Both the position numbers and the translations under genes were made by a program. The notes beneath the pieces were generated by a model, which did no database searches, had not been told where the DNA came from, and saw only the letters and a program-made list of their open reading frames with translations. A stretch of DNA of 64,000 nucleotides from an uncultured Candidatus Peribacteria bacterium. GTDB taxonomy: Bacteria; Patescibacteriota; Gracilibacteria; Peribacterales; Peribacteraceae. Of the stretch, positions 33,739-42,606 are shown in pieces; positions within the stretch are counted from its first letter, which is position 1, and every line of letters starts with the position of its first letter. The DNA lies in assembly GCA_964603635.1 (NCBI GenBank), contig CAZRVH010000004.1, positions 6,816 through 70,815 of the forward strand. The letters run 5' to 3'.

Positions 33739-36168
33739 TTATCCAACCGCCACCTGGCTGTCTCCCGCCTTGGGGAAGAGGGCCGGCTTGTCGGCCAGTT
33801 TCGTGTTCGCGATCTTACGCGCGATCCACTTGCTGACGATCATGCCGGAGAACATCGAGATTAACACGCCCAGTCCCAGCGTGATCGCGAAGCCGCGGAC
33901 GATGGACGTTCCGATGAGGAACAGGAGGGCGCAGGTGATAATGGTGGAAATGTTCGAATCGCGGATGCTGGGCCAGGCTTTCTCGAAGCCGATTTCCACC
34001 GCGGTCTTCAGGCTCTTGCCGCGCTTCATTTCCTCCTTCACGCGTTCGAAGACGAGCACGTTCGTATCCACGGCCATACCGATGGACAGGATGAGTCCCG
34101 CGGCGCCCGCGAGCGTGAGAACGATGTACTGGCTGGAGAAGAAGAACAGCGGATACTTCAGGAGAACCAGGAAGATGAGCGAGTAGACGACCAGGGCGAT
34201 GCTGGCGATGACGCCGAGCAGGCGGTACACGAGGATCATGTAGAGCATGACGATGATCGCGCCCACCAAGGCGGCCAATACCGACGTGCGCAGCGCCTCG
34301 GCGCCGAGCGTCGCTTCCACCGTCCTCTGTCCGCTAAGGTGGATGGGGGCGGGGATCGCTCCCGTGTTCAGGTCCTGCGCGAGTTTCTGGGCTTCCGTGA
34401 TGTTGCTGCTACCCGTGATGACGGCGGTGCCACCCGCGATCTCGCCTTGCACCGTGGGCGCGGAGACGAGTTCGCCTCCCACGAAGATGGCGATCTGCTT
34501 GCCGACGTTGTTCTTCGTCAGCTGCTGGAAGATACGTCCTCCCTCGGCGTCGAAGACGATCTGGACGACCGGGAGGTTCGTCGTCGGGTCCAGCGTCACG
34601 TTGGCCGTGCGGAAGTGCTTGCCGTCCAATTCCGTATCCTTCCAGCCCGTGGGCTTGAGGGAGAAGAAGAGGGAGCGCAGCGTGACGGCGTCCTGCTGTT
34701 GCGTCACCTTGCCTTCCTGCATGCGGTCGATCATGTCGTTGGCGCGGCCGAGGGCATCGGAGCCGACGATGTTCAGCGAGTCGAAACTGGCTTTGTCCGG
34801 CGTCGTTTCCGCGGCCTTGTTCACCTTGATGATGTGGTATCCGAAGTTCGTTTCCACCGGCTGGCTCACGAAGCCCGTCGGATTGGAGAAGGCGACGTTC
34901 TCGAACGCGGGGACGATGTCTCCGCGGCTGATCAGCCCCAGCTTGCCCTGGTTTTTGGCCGAGGGACCGTCGGATTGCGCCGAGGCAAGCGTCTCGAAGT
35001 TTGCCCCTCCGTCCAATTGCTTCTTCAGGTCCTGCGCGCGGGCCAGCGCTTCCGCCTTCGTGCGCGTCACTGCCGCAGCAGCATCGTCCGCACCCTTGTA
35101 CGAGACCAGGATGTGGCTGACGTCCACTTGCTCCTTGCCTGCGATAACTTGGCGGAGGAACACGAGTCGGGCGCTTCCGTCGTCCATCGACGTTGCCTTC
35201 AGATCGCCCTGTTCCATGCCGCGGATCGTCGACACGATGCGCGTCGGCTGGCTTGCGTCCATTGCCACTTCGTTCTCATAGCGATATGTCGCGCCGCTTT
35301 CCGTCTTCGCAAGGATTTCAAACGCCTTGGACGCCTCGTTGATCACGCGTCCCGTTCCCGTCTTCGCCTTCAGGACCTGCACGAGGAAGACCCCTGGGAT
35401 GTCCTGGTTTACCACTTGTCCCTGGGCGTTTTGCTGGGGGACGCTGATGCTTCCTTCGCGACGGTAGACCGTCGGTCCTGCCGGCGAATCCCAGAGGTTT
35501 TCCAGTCCCTTCGGGAGTTGGTCGCGGAAGTACATATTGGATTCCTCATAGGCCAGGCCCAGATCGTCGCCCAAGTCCTGTCCCACCGTCGCCAGGGTCG
35601 CGCCCGCCGTGATCCGGCGCTGCACGTCATCGGCCTTCGCGCGCACTCCGGCTTCGTATCCGGCCGGTGCCTCGGCGAATTCTTCCTTGAATTCAAGCTG
35701 GATCGTCTTTCCCACGGTTTCGATGCACTTTTGGACGTCCACCACCCCCGGACAATCGATGAGCAGGTGCTTCTCGTCGCCCACGAAGGACGGCGTGATG
35801 ACCGCTTCGCTCACGCCCAGGCTGTTGATGCGGCGTTCCAACACGGTACGGATGGCTTCCACCAGGTTTTGCTGCTGCGATACGACGGCCGCGCGCTGGT
35901 TTTGGAGGTCGGTCAGCGATGCTCCGGATCCCCCGTTTGCTTCCGCCGCCGCGATTTGCGCGTTGAGTTCGGCAAGCTGCGTCTTGATTTCGTCTTCGGA
36001 GATGCGGAAATCAAGCTGCGTGCCTCCGGCAAGATCCAGTCCGAAGTGGAAATCCGGCTTTAGGAACGACGGCGCCCATGTTTTCCACTGTGACGGAAGG
36101 GCGACGAGAAGGATGAACAGACCCGCGATTGCGGTGACTGCGGGCCGGTAGGATGTGCGGGATGCCAT
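33739..36168 (-). CDS. secD: Protein-export membrane protein SecD with a parvulin-type PPIase inserted in the periplasmic head
   Basis: 809 aa. TM1, GLDLAGGTQLDF GG-motif, ~560-aa periplasmic part, five C-terminal TMs (GMAVDTNVLVFERVKEE). Residues ~346-451 contain ANFETLASAQSDGPSAKNQGKLGLISRGDIVPAFENVAF...FGYHIIKV. Confidence 0.8.
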   Translation of the reverse strand: MASRTSYRPAVTAIAGLFILLVALPSQWKTWAPSFLKPDFHFGLDLAGGTQLDFRISEDEIKTQLAELNAQIAAAEANGGSGASLTDLQNQRAAVVSQQQNLVEAIRTVLERRINSLGVSEAVITPSFVGDEKHLLIDCPGVVDVQKCIETVGKTIQLEFKEEFAEAPAGYEAGVRAKADDVQRRITAGATLATVGQDLGDDLGLAYEESNMYFRDQLPKGLENLWDSPAGPTVYRREGSISVPQQNAQGQVVNQDIPGVFLVQVLKAKTGTGRVINEASKAFEILAKTESGATYRYENEVAMDASQPTRIVSTIRGMEQGDLKATSMDDGSARLVFLRQVIAGKEQVDVSHILVSYKGADDAAAAVTRTKAEALARAQDLKKQLDGGANFETLASAQSDGPSAKNQGKLGLISRGDIVPAFENVAFSNPTGFVSQPVETNFGYHIIKVNKAAETTPDKASFDSLNIVGSDALGRANDMIDRMQEGKVTQQQDAVTLRSLFFSLKPTGWKDTELDGKHFRTANVTLDPTTNLPVVQIVFDAEGGRIFQQLTKNNVGKQIAIFVGGELVSAPTVQGEIAGGTAVITGSSNITEAQKLAQDLNTGAIPAPIHLSGQRTVEATLGAEALRTSVLAALVGAIIVMLYMILVYRLLGVIASIALVVYSLIFLVLLKYPLFFFSSQYIVLTLAGAAGLILSIGMAVDTNVLVFERVKEEMKRGKSLKTAVEIGFEKAWPSIRDSNISTIITCALLFLIGTSIVRGFAITLGLGVLISMFSGMIVSKWIARKIANTKLADKPALFPKAGDSQVAVG

Positions 36169-36193
36169 GGGAAAACGAGGGAGAGGAGTAGGG

Positions 36194-36865
36194 TTAGGGT
36201 TTCGGAGTATACACGACGTGCAGGCCGACGTTTACGTCATCTTGGAACGCCTCCGCAACGAGGATATTGGGGATATTCTGGATTTGAAGGTCATCCGTGA
36301 GCGCATCCGATTGGACCGCGAGCTTGCTCACCAGGCGGTCGCGCACGAAGATGCCGATGTTTTTGTTTACTTCCGTTTTGAACAGGGCATTCATTTTTTG
36401 CCGTCCCGCATCATTCATCAGGATACGTGCCCTCACGGCCCCTTTCTCGTCTTTCCCCACTTCGATGCCGAAAAAATCGTCGGCCGTGATATCGGTTTTC
36501 ACAAACCCCCCGTGTCCTTCCACCGTGATATCGGCCGCCACGCCTTCCCCGGCCTGCCTCATCACCGACATGGTGAAGGGGGAGGTGAGTTGGCGCGTCA
36601 GTTCATCGCCGCCTTCCTTGTCCGGCACGGTGATCGTCAACGACGGGGTGTCGCCCGTGCCGAATTCTTTTCCGGGATTGACCACCCCCATGTTGTCGAG
36701 CCTGCGTTCCACGACGCGCATGGCGGCATTCGTCAGGTTTTCGATTTGCGCGGGGTCCGTCACGTCGAAGGTCAGCTCGTACGTGACCGTGTGGGAACCG
36801 GCGGCGCAGGCCGTGAGAAAAAACACGGCGAATGCGGATAATGCGGAAAAACGGGAGGTTTGCAT
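36194..36865 (-). CDS. Lipoprotein with SecD-head-like C-terminal motif
   Basis: ORF track 36194..37180; ATG 36865 (MQTSRFSALSAFAVFFLTAC lipobox). NIGIFVRDRLVSKLAVQSD resembles the SecD block QIAIFVGGELVSAPTVQGE. Lies 25 nt upstream of secD. Confidence 0.55.
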   Translation of the reverse strand: MQTSRFSALSAFAVFFLTACAAGSHTVTYELTFDVTDPAQIENLTNAAMRVVERRLDNMGVVNPGKEFGTGDTPSLTITVPDKEGGDELTRQLTSPFTMSVMRQAGEGVAADITVEGHGGFVKTDITADDFFGIEVGKDEKGAVRARILMNDAGRQKMNALFKTEVNKNIGIFVRDRLVSKLAVQSDALTDDLQIQNIPNILVAEAFQDDVNVGLHVVYTPKP

Positions 36866-37050
36866 AAGTAGGGGCAGTGTAGGATAGAGAAAGGGGAGGA
36901 GCAATGAAAGAGGGGGTTCTATAAAGCTTGGGAAGCCGTGCAAGCTTCGAAAGTGCCAAAAGAAATGGGCATTCTTCATGGAATTGCTCTTTTGAACACG
37001 AGAGCGGAAGACCTTTCGAAGCTTCCGAAGCTTTTCAAGCCAGCTTCCTT

Positions 37051-38019
37051 TTAATGGCTGCTTTTTGGCAGCACAATCGTCGTATCCGCCCTGATCATCT
37101 TGTTCTGCAAATCCACCCCGCGCAGGACGCAGCGGTTGTCCAGGATGCAGTTTTCCAGCGTGCATTCCTCTATGAAGCAATCATCGAAGACCACCGTGTT
37201 TTTCAACGTGCTCTTGATCACCTCGGACCCCTTGCCCACGACGACGCTGTGTTCGCAGTCGCTGCCCTCCATGCGTGCATTCTCACCTAGCAATACCCGG
37301 TCTCCCACCATGGTCCTGGTCGCCTCCAGATAGGAATCGAACGTGCCGATGTCGAACCAGTGGTCTTTGAATCCGTATGCGTCGATCCGCATGCCGCGGC
37401 GCAGGAACTCCTCGAAGATGCCCCCCACGTTGTCCGGATGTTCCTTCGCGTATTCGATAAGGACCGGCAGGGCCGAAGCGGGGATGAGCGTGCATCCGGT
37501 GCTCACCAGGCTGGACTTCGGGTCCCTGGGTTTTTCCTCGAACGCATGCACGGTCTTTCCGTCCGCGTTCAGGATGATGGTTCCGAAGCGGCTCGCCTTC
37601 GAGAGTTCGCCGACGTCGTAGGCCGCGATGAGCGGGACGTCCGGACGGCGCGCCGCGATGAAAGCGCCTATGTCGAAGCCGAAATAGTTGTCGCCTGTCA
37701 GGAGCAGGATGTCATCCGTGATCCCTTCGTTCTGTATCCAGAAGGCCGTCGCGCCCAAGGCACCCAGCTTTACGTCGTCGTGCAACGTCTGTTCGATGTG
37801 CACCGATACGCGGTCACGTTTGATCGTCTGCCGCCATTCGCTGAACGCCTCCTCGAATGCCGCGTTGGTGCTCACGGTCACGGGGATGTCCGCCGGGATC
37901 TTTTCTATGATGTGGTCGATGATAGGCTTGCCGACGAGCGGAAGAAGAGGCTTGGCGCGGTGTTCCGTGAGCGGCCAGAGGCGAGTGGCGAATCCGCCGG
38001 CGAGAATGAATGCATGCAT
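37051..38019 (-). CDS. Sugar-1-phosphate nucleotidyltransferase with C-terminal left-handed beta-helix
   Basis: MHAFILAGGFATRLWPLTEHRAKPLLPLVGKPII is the NTP-transferase signature. The C-terminal hexapeptide-like repeats resemble GlmU/ManC-type enzymes. Confidence 0.8.
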   Translation of the reverse strand: MHAFILAGGFATRLWPLTEHRAKPLLPLVGKPIIDHIIEKIPADIPVTVSTNAAFEEAFSEWRQTIKRDRVSVHIEQTLHDDVKLGALGATAFWIQNEGITDDILLLTGDNYFGFDIGAFIAARRPDVPLIAAYDVGELSKASRFGTIILNADGKTVHAFEEKPRDPKSSLVSTGCTLIPASALPVLIEYAKEHPDNVGGIFEEFLRRGMRIDAYGFKDHWFDIGTFDSYLEATRTMVGDRVLLGENARMEGSDCEHSVVVGKGSEVIKSTLKNTVVFDDCFIEECTLENCILDNRCVLRGVDLQNKMIRADTTIVLPKSSH

Positions 38020-38040
38020 AGTCGGTTCGGGAGAGGGACC

Positions 38041-38844
38041 TCAGGAAAAGAACCAACGCAGGGCCGATTCCTTCGGGCGGACGACGGTGACGGGGCGTCC
38101 TTCCAGCAGTTCCACGCGCTCGTCGCGCTCCACGATTCCCAATACCGACGGGAGCAGGATGTACGTGATACCTTTCTTGCGGCATGCGCTGAGGAGGTTG
38201 ATCGTGTGTTCGAGGTCACTCGTTTGGATGAGGTGCGTGATACCCTTTTCGTTCAACGTCTTCTCCAGTTTGTCCAGTTTGCCGATCACCGGTACGTCAT
38301 GCAGGTGCTTTTCCTTGCTGCCCGTGCTGTCCAGGATGGCGACGGGAACGAGGGGGCTTTTTCCGGACTGGAGCATCTTGATGATGGATGCCGCTTCGCG
38401 CGTCGCGCCGATGACCAGGGTCGGGAAGGCGGGAGGGGAGCGGCGCAAGGCATTCCTGCGCAGGGAATCCATGAGCAGGTGCCACGTCCACAGGATCAAC
38501 GTGCTGAAGGCGAATGCCTCCACCAACAGGAGACGGCTGAAGAAGAGGCCGTAGAGGAAGAAGTATGCGAGCGTGAAGAGCGACAGGGCGACGACGTTTC
38601 CGTACAGGATGTACGAGAACGCGCGCAGGCTCATTTGGTTTCGCATCAACGCGAACGTGCGCGTGGAAACGAGAATGGCGAGCCACACGGGCACGACCAT
38701 CAGGGCCACCAGCATGTACCGGTCGAACGGGAAGGTGCTGGAAAAATACCATCCGACGCGAGCGAAATACGCCAGCGCGTAGGAAGCCAGGAACAGGATG
38801 ACGTCGGTGACGATCCAGAAACCAAGAAGGAAGTGGCGGCGCAT
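38041..38844 (-). CDS. N-terminal (TM + CoA-binding-like) module of a WbaP-type polyprenyl-phosphate glycosyltransferase, catalytic domain absent
   Basis: 267 aa. Four TMs, then LVIGATREAASIIKML ... PVIGKLDKL ... LLPSVLG. Ends where the sugar-transferase domain would begin, and the next gene starts 21 nt later. Confidence 0.55.
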   Translation of the reverse strand: MRRHFLLGFWIVTDVILFLASYALAYFARVGWYFSSTFPFDRYMLVALMVVPVWLAILVSTRTFALMRNQMSLRAFSYILYGNVVALSLFTLAYFFLYGLFFSRLLLVEAFAFSTLILWTWHLLMDSLRRNALRRSPPAFPTLVIGATREAASIIKMLQSGKSPLVPVAILDSTGSKEKHLHDVPVIGKLDKLEKTLNEKGITHLIQTSDLEHTINLLSACRKKGITYILLPSVLGIVERDERVELLEGRPVTVVRPKESALRWFFS

Positions 38845-38890
38845 GGCGAAAGACTACGGCACCGCCCGATTCCGTGCCAGTGTTTTTGAC

Positions 38891-39760
38891 TTACCGGACG
38901 TTCAGCAGCGATGCATACGGCAACTTCGTCACGTCCCACGGAACATCCTTCGTTCCCTTGTACGTTGAGGTGCCGACGGTCGTCTCGGAGAGCGGGATGT
39001 TCGTCTCCATCCATGCCAGCTTCCGGGCGATGGCCTTGTTCGTCTCCGCGCGCTTTCGCATGTACGGGCGTTGCAACACGTAGGCCGCGAACGTCTCCGC
39101 GAAATCCTCGAAGATATCCGACGATGCGTATCCCGAGATGAAATCCGCGTCTTTCATTCCCTTTTTCAGCGTCCGTTCATTGTCCCAGGAGATCGCGAAG
39201 AAGGACACGGCCGCGCCGTCGTTGTAGAACGGGCTTTTGCCGTCGCGGAAGGCGCTTTCCCCGGACTGCGGCGAACCATCCATGTTGCCGCTGATGACGT
39301 GTCCGCATTCATGAATGAGAAGCGCGGCGAATTCGGCATCGTTCACGGAGCCATCCAGGATGATCGTCGATTTTCCGCCGAGGCCGCGGTATTTCGCATC
39401 CTTATAGATGATGGAGAACGTGCGGATGTTCGATGCGCATGACGCAGGCAAAGCCGAAAATACCGTGGTGGCGAGTTTTTTGTGATGGTCGGTGATATCC
39501 GCCGTTTGCAAGAAGGGGTAGGTCGCGGGCGCCGAAGGCATCGTTTGCGATACGGCGGCCAGATACGGTGCCGCGCGTTTTTTCTTCATGGATGAAGACA
39601 CCCGCGCCAGGGGCTGCAGATGAACGGCCGGCTGCGCGGATGCATTGACGGTTTGGGGCTCCCTTGCCCCCATGCCGGCATCTGTTACACTTGCCGCAAG
39701 CAACGCAGCGACGACAAGCAGGGAGGTGACTGAAACGGCTTTTCGAAGCGTTATAGGCAT
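38891..39760 (-). CDS. Secreted putative zinc metallopeptidase (HECGH)
   Basis: ORF track starts at TTG 39772; ATG at 39760. Signal-anchor region, then LLIHECGHVISG (HExxH). Confidence 0.55.
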   Translation of the reverse strand: MPITLRKAVSVTSLLVVAALLAASVTDAGMGAREPQTVNASAQPAVHLQPLARVSSSMKKKRAAPYLAAVSQTMPSAPATYPFLQTADITDHHKKLATTVFSALPASCASNIRTFSIIYKDAKYRGLGGKSTIILDGSVNDAEFAALLIHECGHVISGNMDGSPQSGESAFRDGKSPFYNDGAAVSFFAISWDNERTLKKGMKDADFISGYASSDIFEDFAETFAAYVLQRPYMRKRAETNKAIARKLAWMETNIPLSETTVGTSTYKGTKDVPWDVTKLPYASLLNVR

Positions 39761-39802
39761 AGTAAGTGACAAAGGGGTAATTTATACCATACTATATATA
39801 TT

Positions 39803-41254
39803 ATGTCAAATACAGATCCGATCCCCCTGCGCGGGGGTCAGGAGCACATCGTTACCATCGAAAAGGTGACCCACGGCGGTTCCGGCATGGCCATGGTTGA
39901 CGGAGTTCCCGTGTTCGTTCCGGGAGGAATCCCCGGGCAGCAGCTGTCCATCGTCATTACCAAAGGGAAGGATCGTTATGCCGAAGGCAAGGTACTGAAG
40001 GTAATTCGCAAGGGAAAAGATGAGATCCTACCCAGATGCAGCCATTTCGGTACCTGCGGGGGATGCACTTGGCAGAACCTCCCGTATGACAAGCAGCTCA
40101 CGTACAAGGAGGACATCGTCCGCGAGACATTGGAGCATCTGACGCCGGTGGACGAACCCATCCGCAAGCAGCTTCCGGGACGCGTTCTCAAAATCATGCC
40201 GAGTCCCCAGGTATTCCATTACCGCAACAAATTGGAAATGACCTTCGGGTACGCGTCCATGCGCACGGAGGAGCACAACGGCAAGCGTATTTACTTCGAC
40301 GAAAACCCCACGGTCGGCTTCCACCAGCCGAACCAGTGGTCCACCGTCATTCCCATCGCCGAGTGCCACCTGTACGACGAGCAGATCGGGCCGTTGCTCA
40401 TGGACGTGCGCCGCTTCATGCAGGACACGAAGCTCCCGGTCTACAACCCGAAGACGCACAAGGGGCTGCTTCGCAACATGTTGCTGCGCCGCGGCATCCA
40501 CACGGGCGAGCATATGATCGCGTTCCTGGTGAACGGAAAGAAAAAGGAGTTGGAGCCCATTTTCCAGCATTTCATGCGCTTCGCAGGACGCCCCGGGCTC
40601 GCGTCGCTCCTCGTCATCGAGCACCAGGGGCTCGGCGACAAGCCGGAAAATCCGAAAGTCCACACCCTCGTCGGCAAGGACTTCATCACGGAACGGCTGT
40701 TCGATCTTTCCTTCGACATCTCGCCGTTCTCGTTCTTCCAAACCAACACGCTCGGTGCCGAAAAGCTGTACCATGCGATCGGGCAGGGTGCGGATCTGAC
40801 GCAGCGGGATACCGTGCTGGACGCATACTGCGGAGCGGGCACGATCGGCCAATACCTGGCACGCTACTGCCAAAAGGTGGTCGGCATCGAAAGCCATCCG
40901 ACCGCCGTCGAGGACGCGCTGAAGGCGAGCGGCAAGAACCGCATCGGTAACATTAGTTTCTACAAGGGGCGCGCCGAGCAGATTCTGAAGGATCAGCTGA
41001 AGGCAGGCGGCAAGTACGCGTTCGACGTCATCGTCGTGGATCCTCCCCGCGCCGGCCTGCACCCGGCGGCATTGGAAGCCGTCATCGCGCACAGCGCGCG
41101 CAAAATCGTCTACGTCTCTTGCAACACCGCCACGTTCGCCCGCGATTTGGGATCGTTCCTGAAAGCCGGATACGAACTGCGCACGGTGCAGCCCGTGGAC
41201 ATGTTCCCGCATACGCCGCATATCGAGACGGTTTCCGTTCTTCAGAAAAAGTAA
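39803..41254 (+). CDS. 23S rRNA (uracil-C5)-methyltransferase, RumA/TrmA family (TRAM + SAM-MTase)
   Basis: N-terminal TRAM (VTIEKVTHGGSGMA), Fe-S cysteines CSHFGTCGGC, SAM motif LDAYCGAGTIG and C-terminal YVSCNTATFARD. Confidence 0.85.
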   Translation: MSNTDPIPLRGGQEHIVTIEKVTHGGSGMAMVDGVPVFVPGGIPGQQLSIVITKGKDRYAEGKVLKVIRKGKDEILPRCSHFGTCGGCTWQNLPYDKQLTYKEDIVRETLEHLTPVDEPIRKQLPGRVLKIMPSPQVFHYRNKLEMTFGYASMRTEEHNGKRIYFDENPTVGFHQPNQWSTVIPIAECHLYDEQIGPLLMDVRRFMQDTKLPVYNPKTHKGLLRNMLLRRGIHTGEHMIAFLVNGKKKELEPIFQHFMRFAGRPGLASLLVIEHQGLGDKPENPKVHTLVGKDFITERLFDLSFDISPFSFFQTNTLGAEKLYHAIGQGADLTQRDTVLDAYCGAGTIGQYLARYCQKVVGIESHPTAVEDALKASGKNRIGNISFYKGRAEQILKDQLKAGGKYAFDVIVVDPPRAGLHPAALEAVIAHSARKIVYVSCNTATFARDLGSFLKAGYELRTVQPVDMFPHTPHIETVSVLQKK

Positions 41255-41255
41255 T

Positions 41256-41723
41256 ATGCAGAGAGTGATCTTAGTAACCGTTGGCGCGCTGAAAGAGGAA
41301 TGGGCCAAACTCGCCGCGGCCCAGTATGAGCGCCGCATCCGCCCGTCCGTTTCGTTCGACGTCGTGGAGTTGCCCGCCAGCAAGGAGCGCGACGATCGCA
41401 AGCAGAGAAAAGACGAATCGAGGAGGCTCCTCGAACATGCGCAGAAGTATCGCGGCGCCCTGTTGGTGTTGGATGAGAGTGGTAAACAGAGGACATCGGT
41501 TCAATTTTCGCATGACCTGGAAGACATGAAAGACGCTGGAACCAATCTCATCGTTATCCTCGGCGGCGCCTACGGGCTCGACGATTCCGTGCTGGAGGCC
41601 GCGGACAGAATCCTCTCGCTCAGCGACATGACGCTGCCGCACGAACTGTGCCGCATCGTATTTATGGAACAGCTCTACCGCGCGTGCGAGATTACGAAGG
41701 GGAGCGGATATCATCACATATAA
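41256..41723 (+). CDS. rlmH: 23S rRNA (pseudouridine1915-N3)-methyltransferase
   Basis: 155 aa, SPOUT family. LVLDESGK ... VILGGAYGL ... LSLSDMTLPHEL. Starts 1 nt after the preceding stop. Confidence 0.85.
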   Translation: MQRVILVTVGALKEEWAKLAAAQYERRIRPSVSFDVVELPASKERDDRKQRKDESRRLLEHAQKYRGALLVLDESGKQRTSVQFSHDLEDMKDAGTNLIVILGGAYGLDDSVLEAADRILSLSDMTLPHELCRIVFMEQLYRACEITKGSGYHHI

Positions 41724-41831
41724 GGTCTTCAAACCTCTTTTTGGACGATAAATGGCTTGAATATGCCTCTTAATTGGCTATACTCCGCGCACGTTCGGGT
41801 TCAGGGTCTGAAGCCGAAATGTACGGCCTCA

Positions 41832-41858
41832 TCGCCCTTCGACAGGCTCAGGGTGACA
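41832..41858. repeat. Short dispersed repeat tcgcccttcgacaggctcagggtgaca
   Basis: Identical to 26003-26029. Lies inside a 67-bp segment flanked by 14-bp direct repeats (41821-41834 and 41902-41915). Confidence 0.8.
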
Positions 41859-41905
41859 GAGGCCTGATCGAAGCTCATTGATCTGTCGCTCACTTTCACA
41901 CGTAC

Positions 41906-41980
41906 GGCCTCATCGTCTAACGGTTAGGACACGGGATTCTCATTCCCGTAATCGGGGTTCGATTCCCCGTGAGGCTGCCA
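41906..41980 (+). tRNA. tRNA-Glu (anticodon CUC), CCA encoded
   Basis: Acceptor ggcctca/tgaggct (G1-U72 wobble). D-arm tcgtctaacggttagga. Anticodon stem cggga/tcccg with loop ttCTCat. T-arm cggggttcgattccccg. Discriminator g + cca. Confidence 0.9.
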
Positions 41981-42015
41981 CTATACAAAAAATAAATAAG
42001 GTTCATAATATATTC

Positions 42016-42417
42016 ATGCCGCCAGTTGTCTATATTAAGATCGAGAATTGGGATAAGGATAATTTCCCCAATATTGGTGAAAAAGTAATAGCAGCTCTGG
42101 ATAAAATCGGAGTAGATAAGGCAAATATTTTATTGGTAGGCATCGATGGAAATCGAGAGGCAATCGAATGTGTTTTAGTAAATGGAATTGCCACTGGAAG
42201 GACACATACGTTTGCAGGGCATATTGAAGAACTTGGTGAAAGATCTTTCTTAGATCCGTTAAGCTATGCAGAAGATTATGATTCTTCTGCAATTCTTGTA
42301 TATCAGGCGGATCTTCTTAAAGAAGCTGATGAGTCGCATAAGTATGTAGCTGCAGAAGGAAAAAACTTTCGAGACGCTCTCATCGCGATTATTCAAATCG
42401 AAAAATCAAAGGAGTGA
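42016..42417 (+). CDS. Hypothetical protein (AT-rich islet cargo)
   Basis: ORF track 41878..42417 overlaps the tRNA; ATG 42016 (MPPVVYIKIENWDKDNF). 133 aa. No family recognised. Confidence 0.5.
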   Translation: MPPVVYIKIENWDKDNFPNIGEKVIAALDKIGVDKANILLVGIDGNREAIECVLVNGIATGRTHTFAGHIEELGERSFLDPLSYAEDYDSSAILVYQADLLKEADESHKYVAAEGKNFRDALIAIIQIEKSKE

Positions 42418-42551
42418 CTTATATTATAAGTTCGAATCATCTCTACTAGCGGCTGCCATCCGTCTTCGTCTCGCAAGGCTCGCCTACGCCGCGATTGGCA
42501 GTTTAAGGTACCAGGGTTCTGGTCTCGGCGAAGCTAGCAAGCGAAGCCGGA

Positions 42552-42572
42552 CGATTCCCCGTGAGGCTGCCA
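42552..42572. repeat. 21-nt duplicate of the tRNA-Glu 3' end (att-like)
   Basis: cgattccccgtgaggctgcca is identical to 41960-41980. No matching 5' acceptor half nearby. Confidence 0.85.
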
Positions 42573-42591
42573 GCCTGCATCAAAATTTACA

Positions 42592-42600
42592 TGCTATAGT
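42592..42600 (+). promoter_or_regulatory. Extended -10-like box TGCTATAGT, 6 nt before the ATG at 42607
   Basis: aTGCTATAGTttcctcATG. Spacing is compatible with a leaderless transcript. Confidence 0.35.
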
Positions 42601-42606
42601 TTCCTC

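Noticed and set aside
42480-42572. Possible second tRNA or tRNA pseudogene ending in gattccccgtgaggctgcca.
   Set aside because: Only the 3' 21 nt match tRNA-Glu. There is no complementary 5' acceptor strand, D-arm or anticodon arm upstream. I interpret it as an att-like duplicate.
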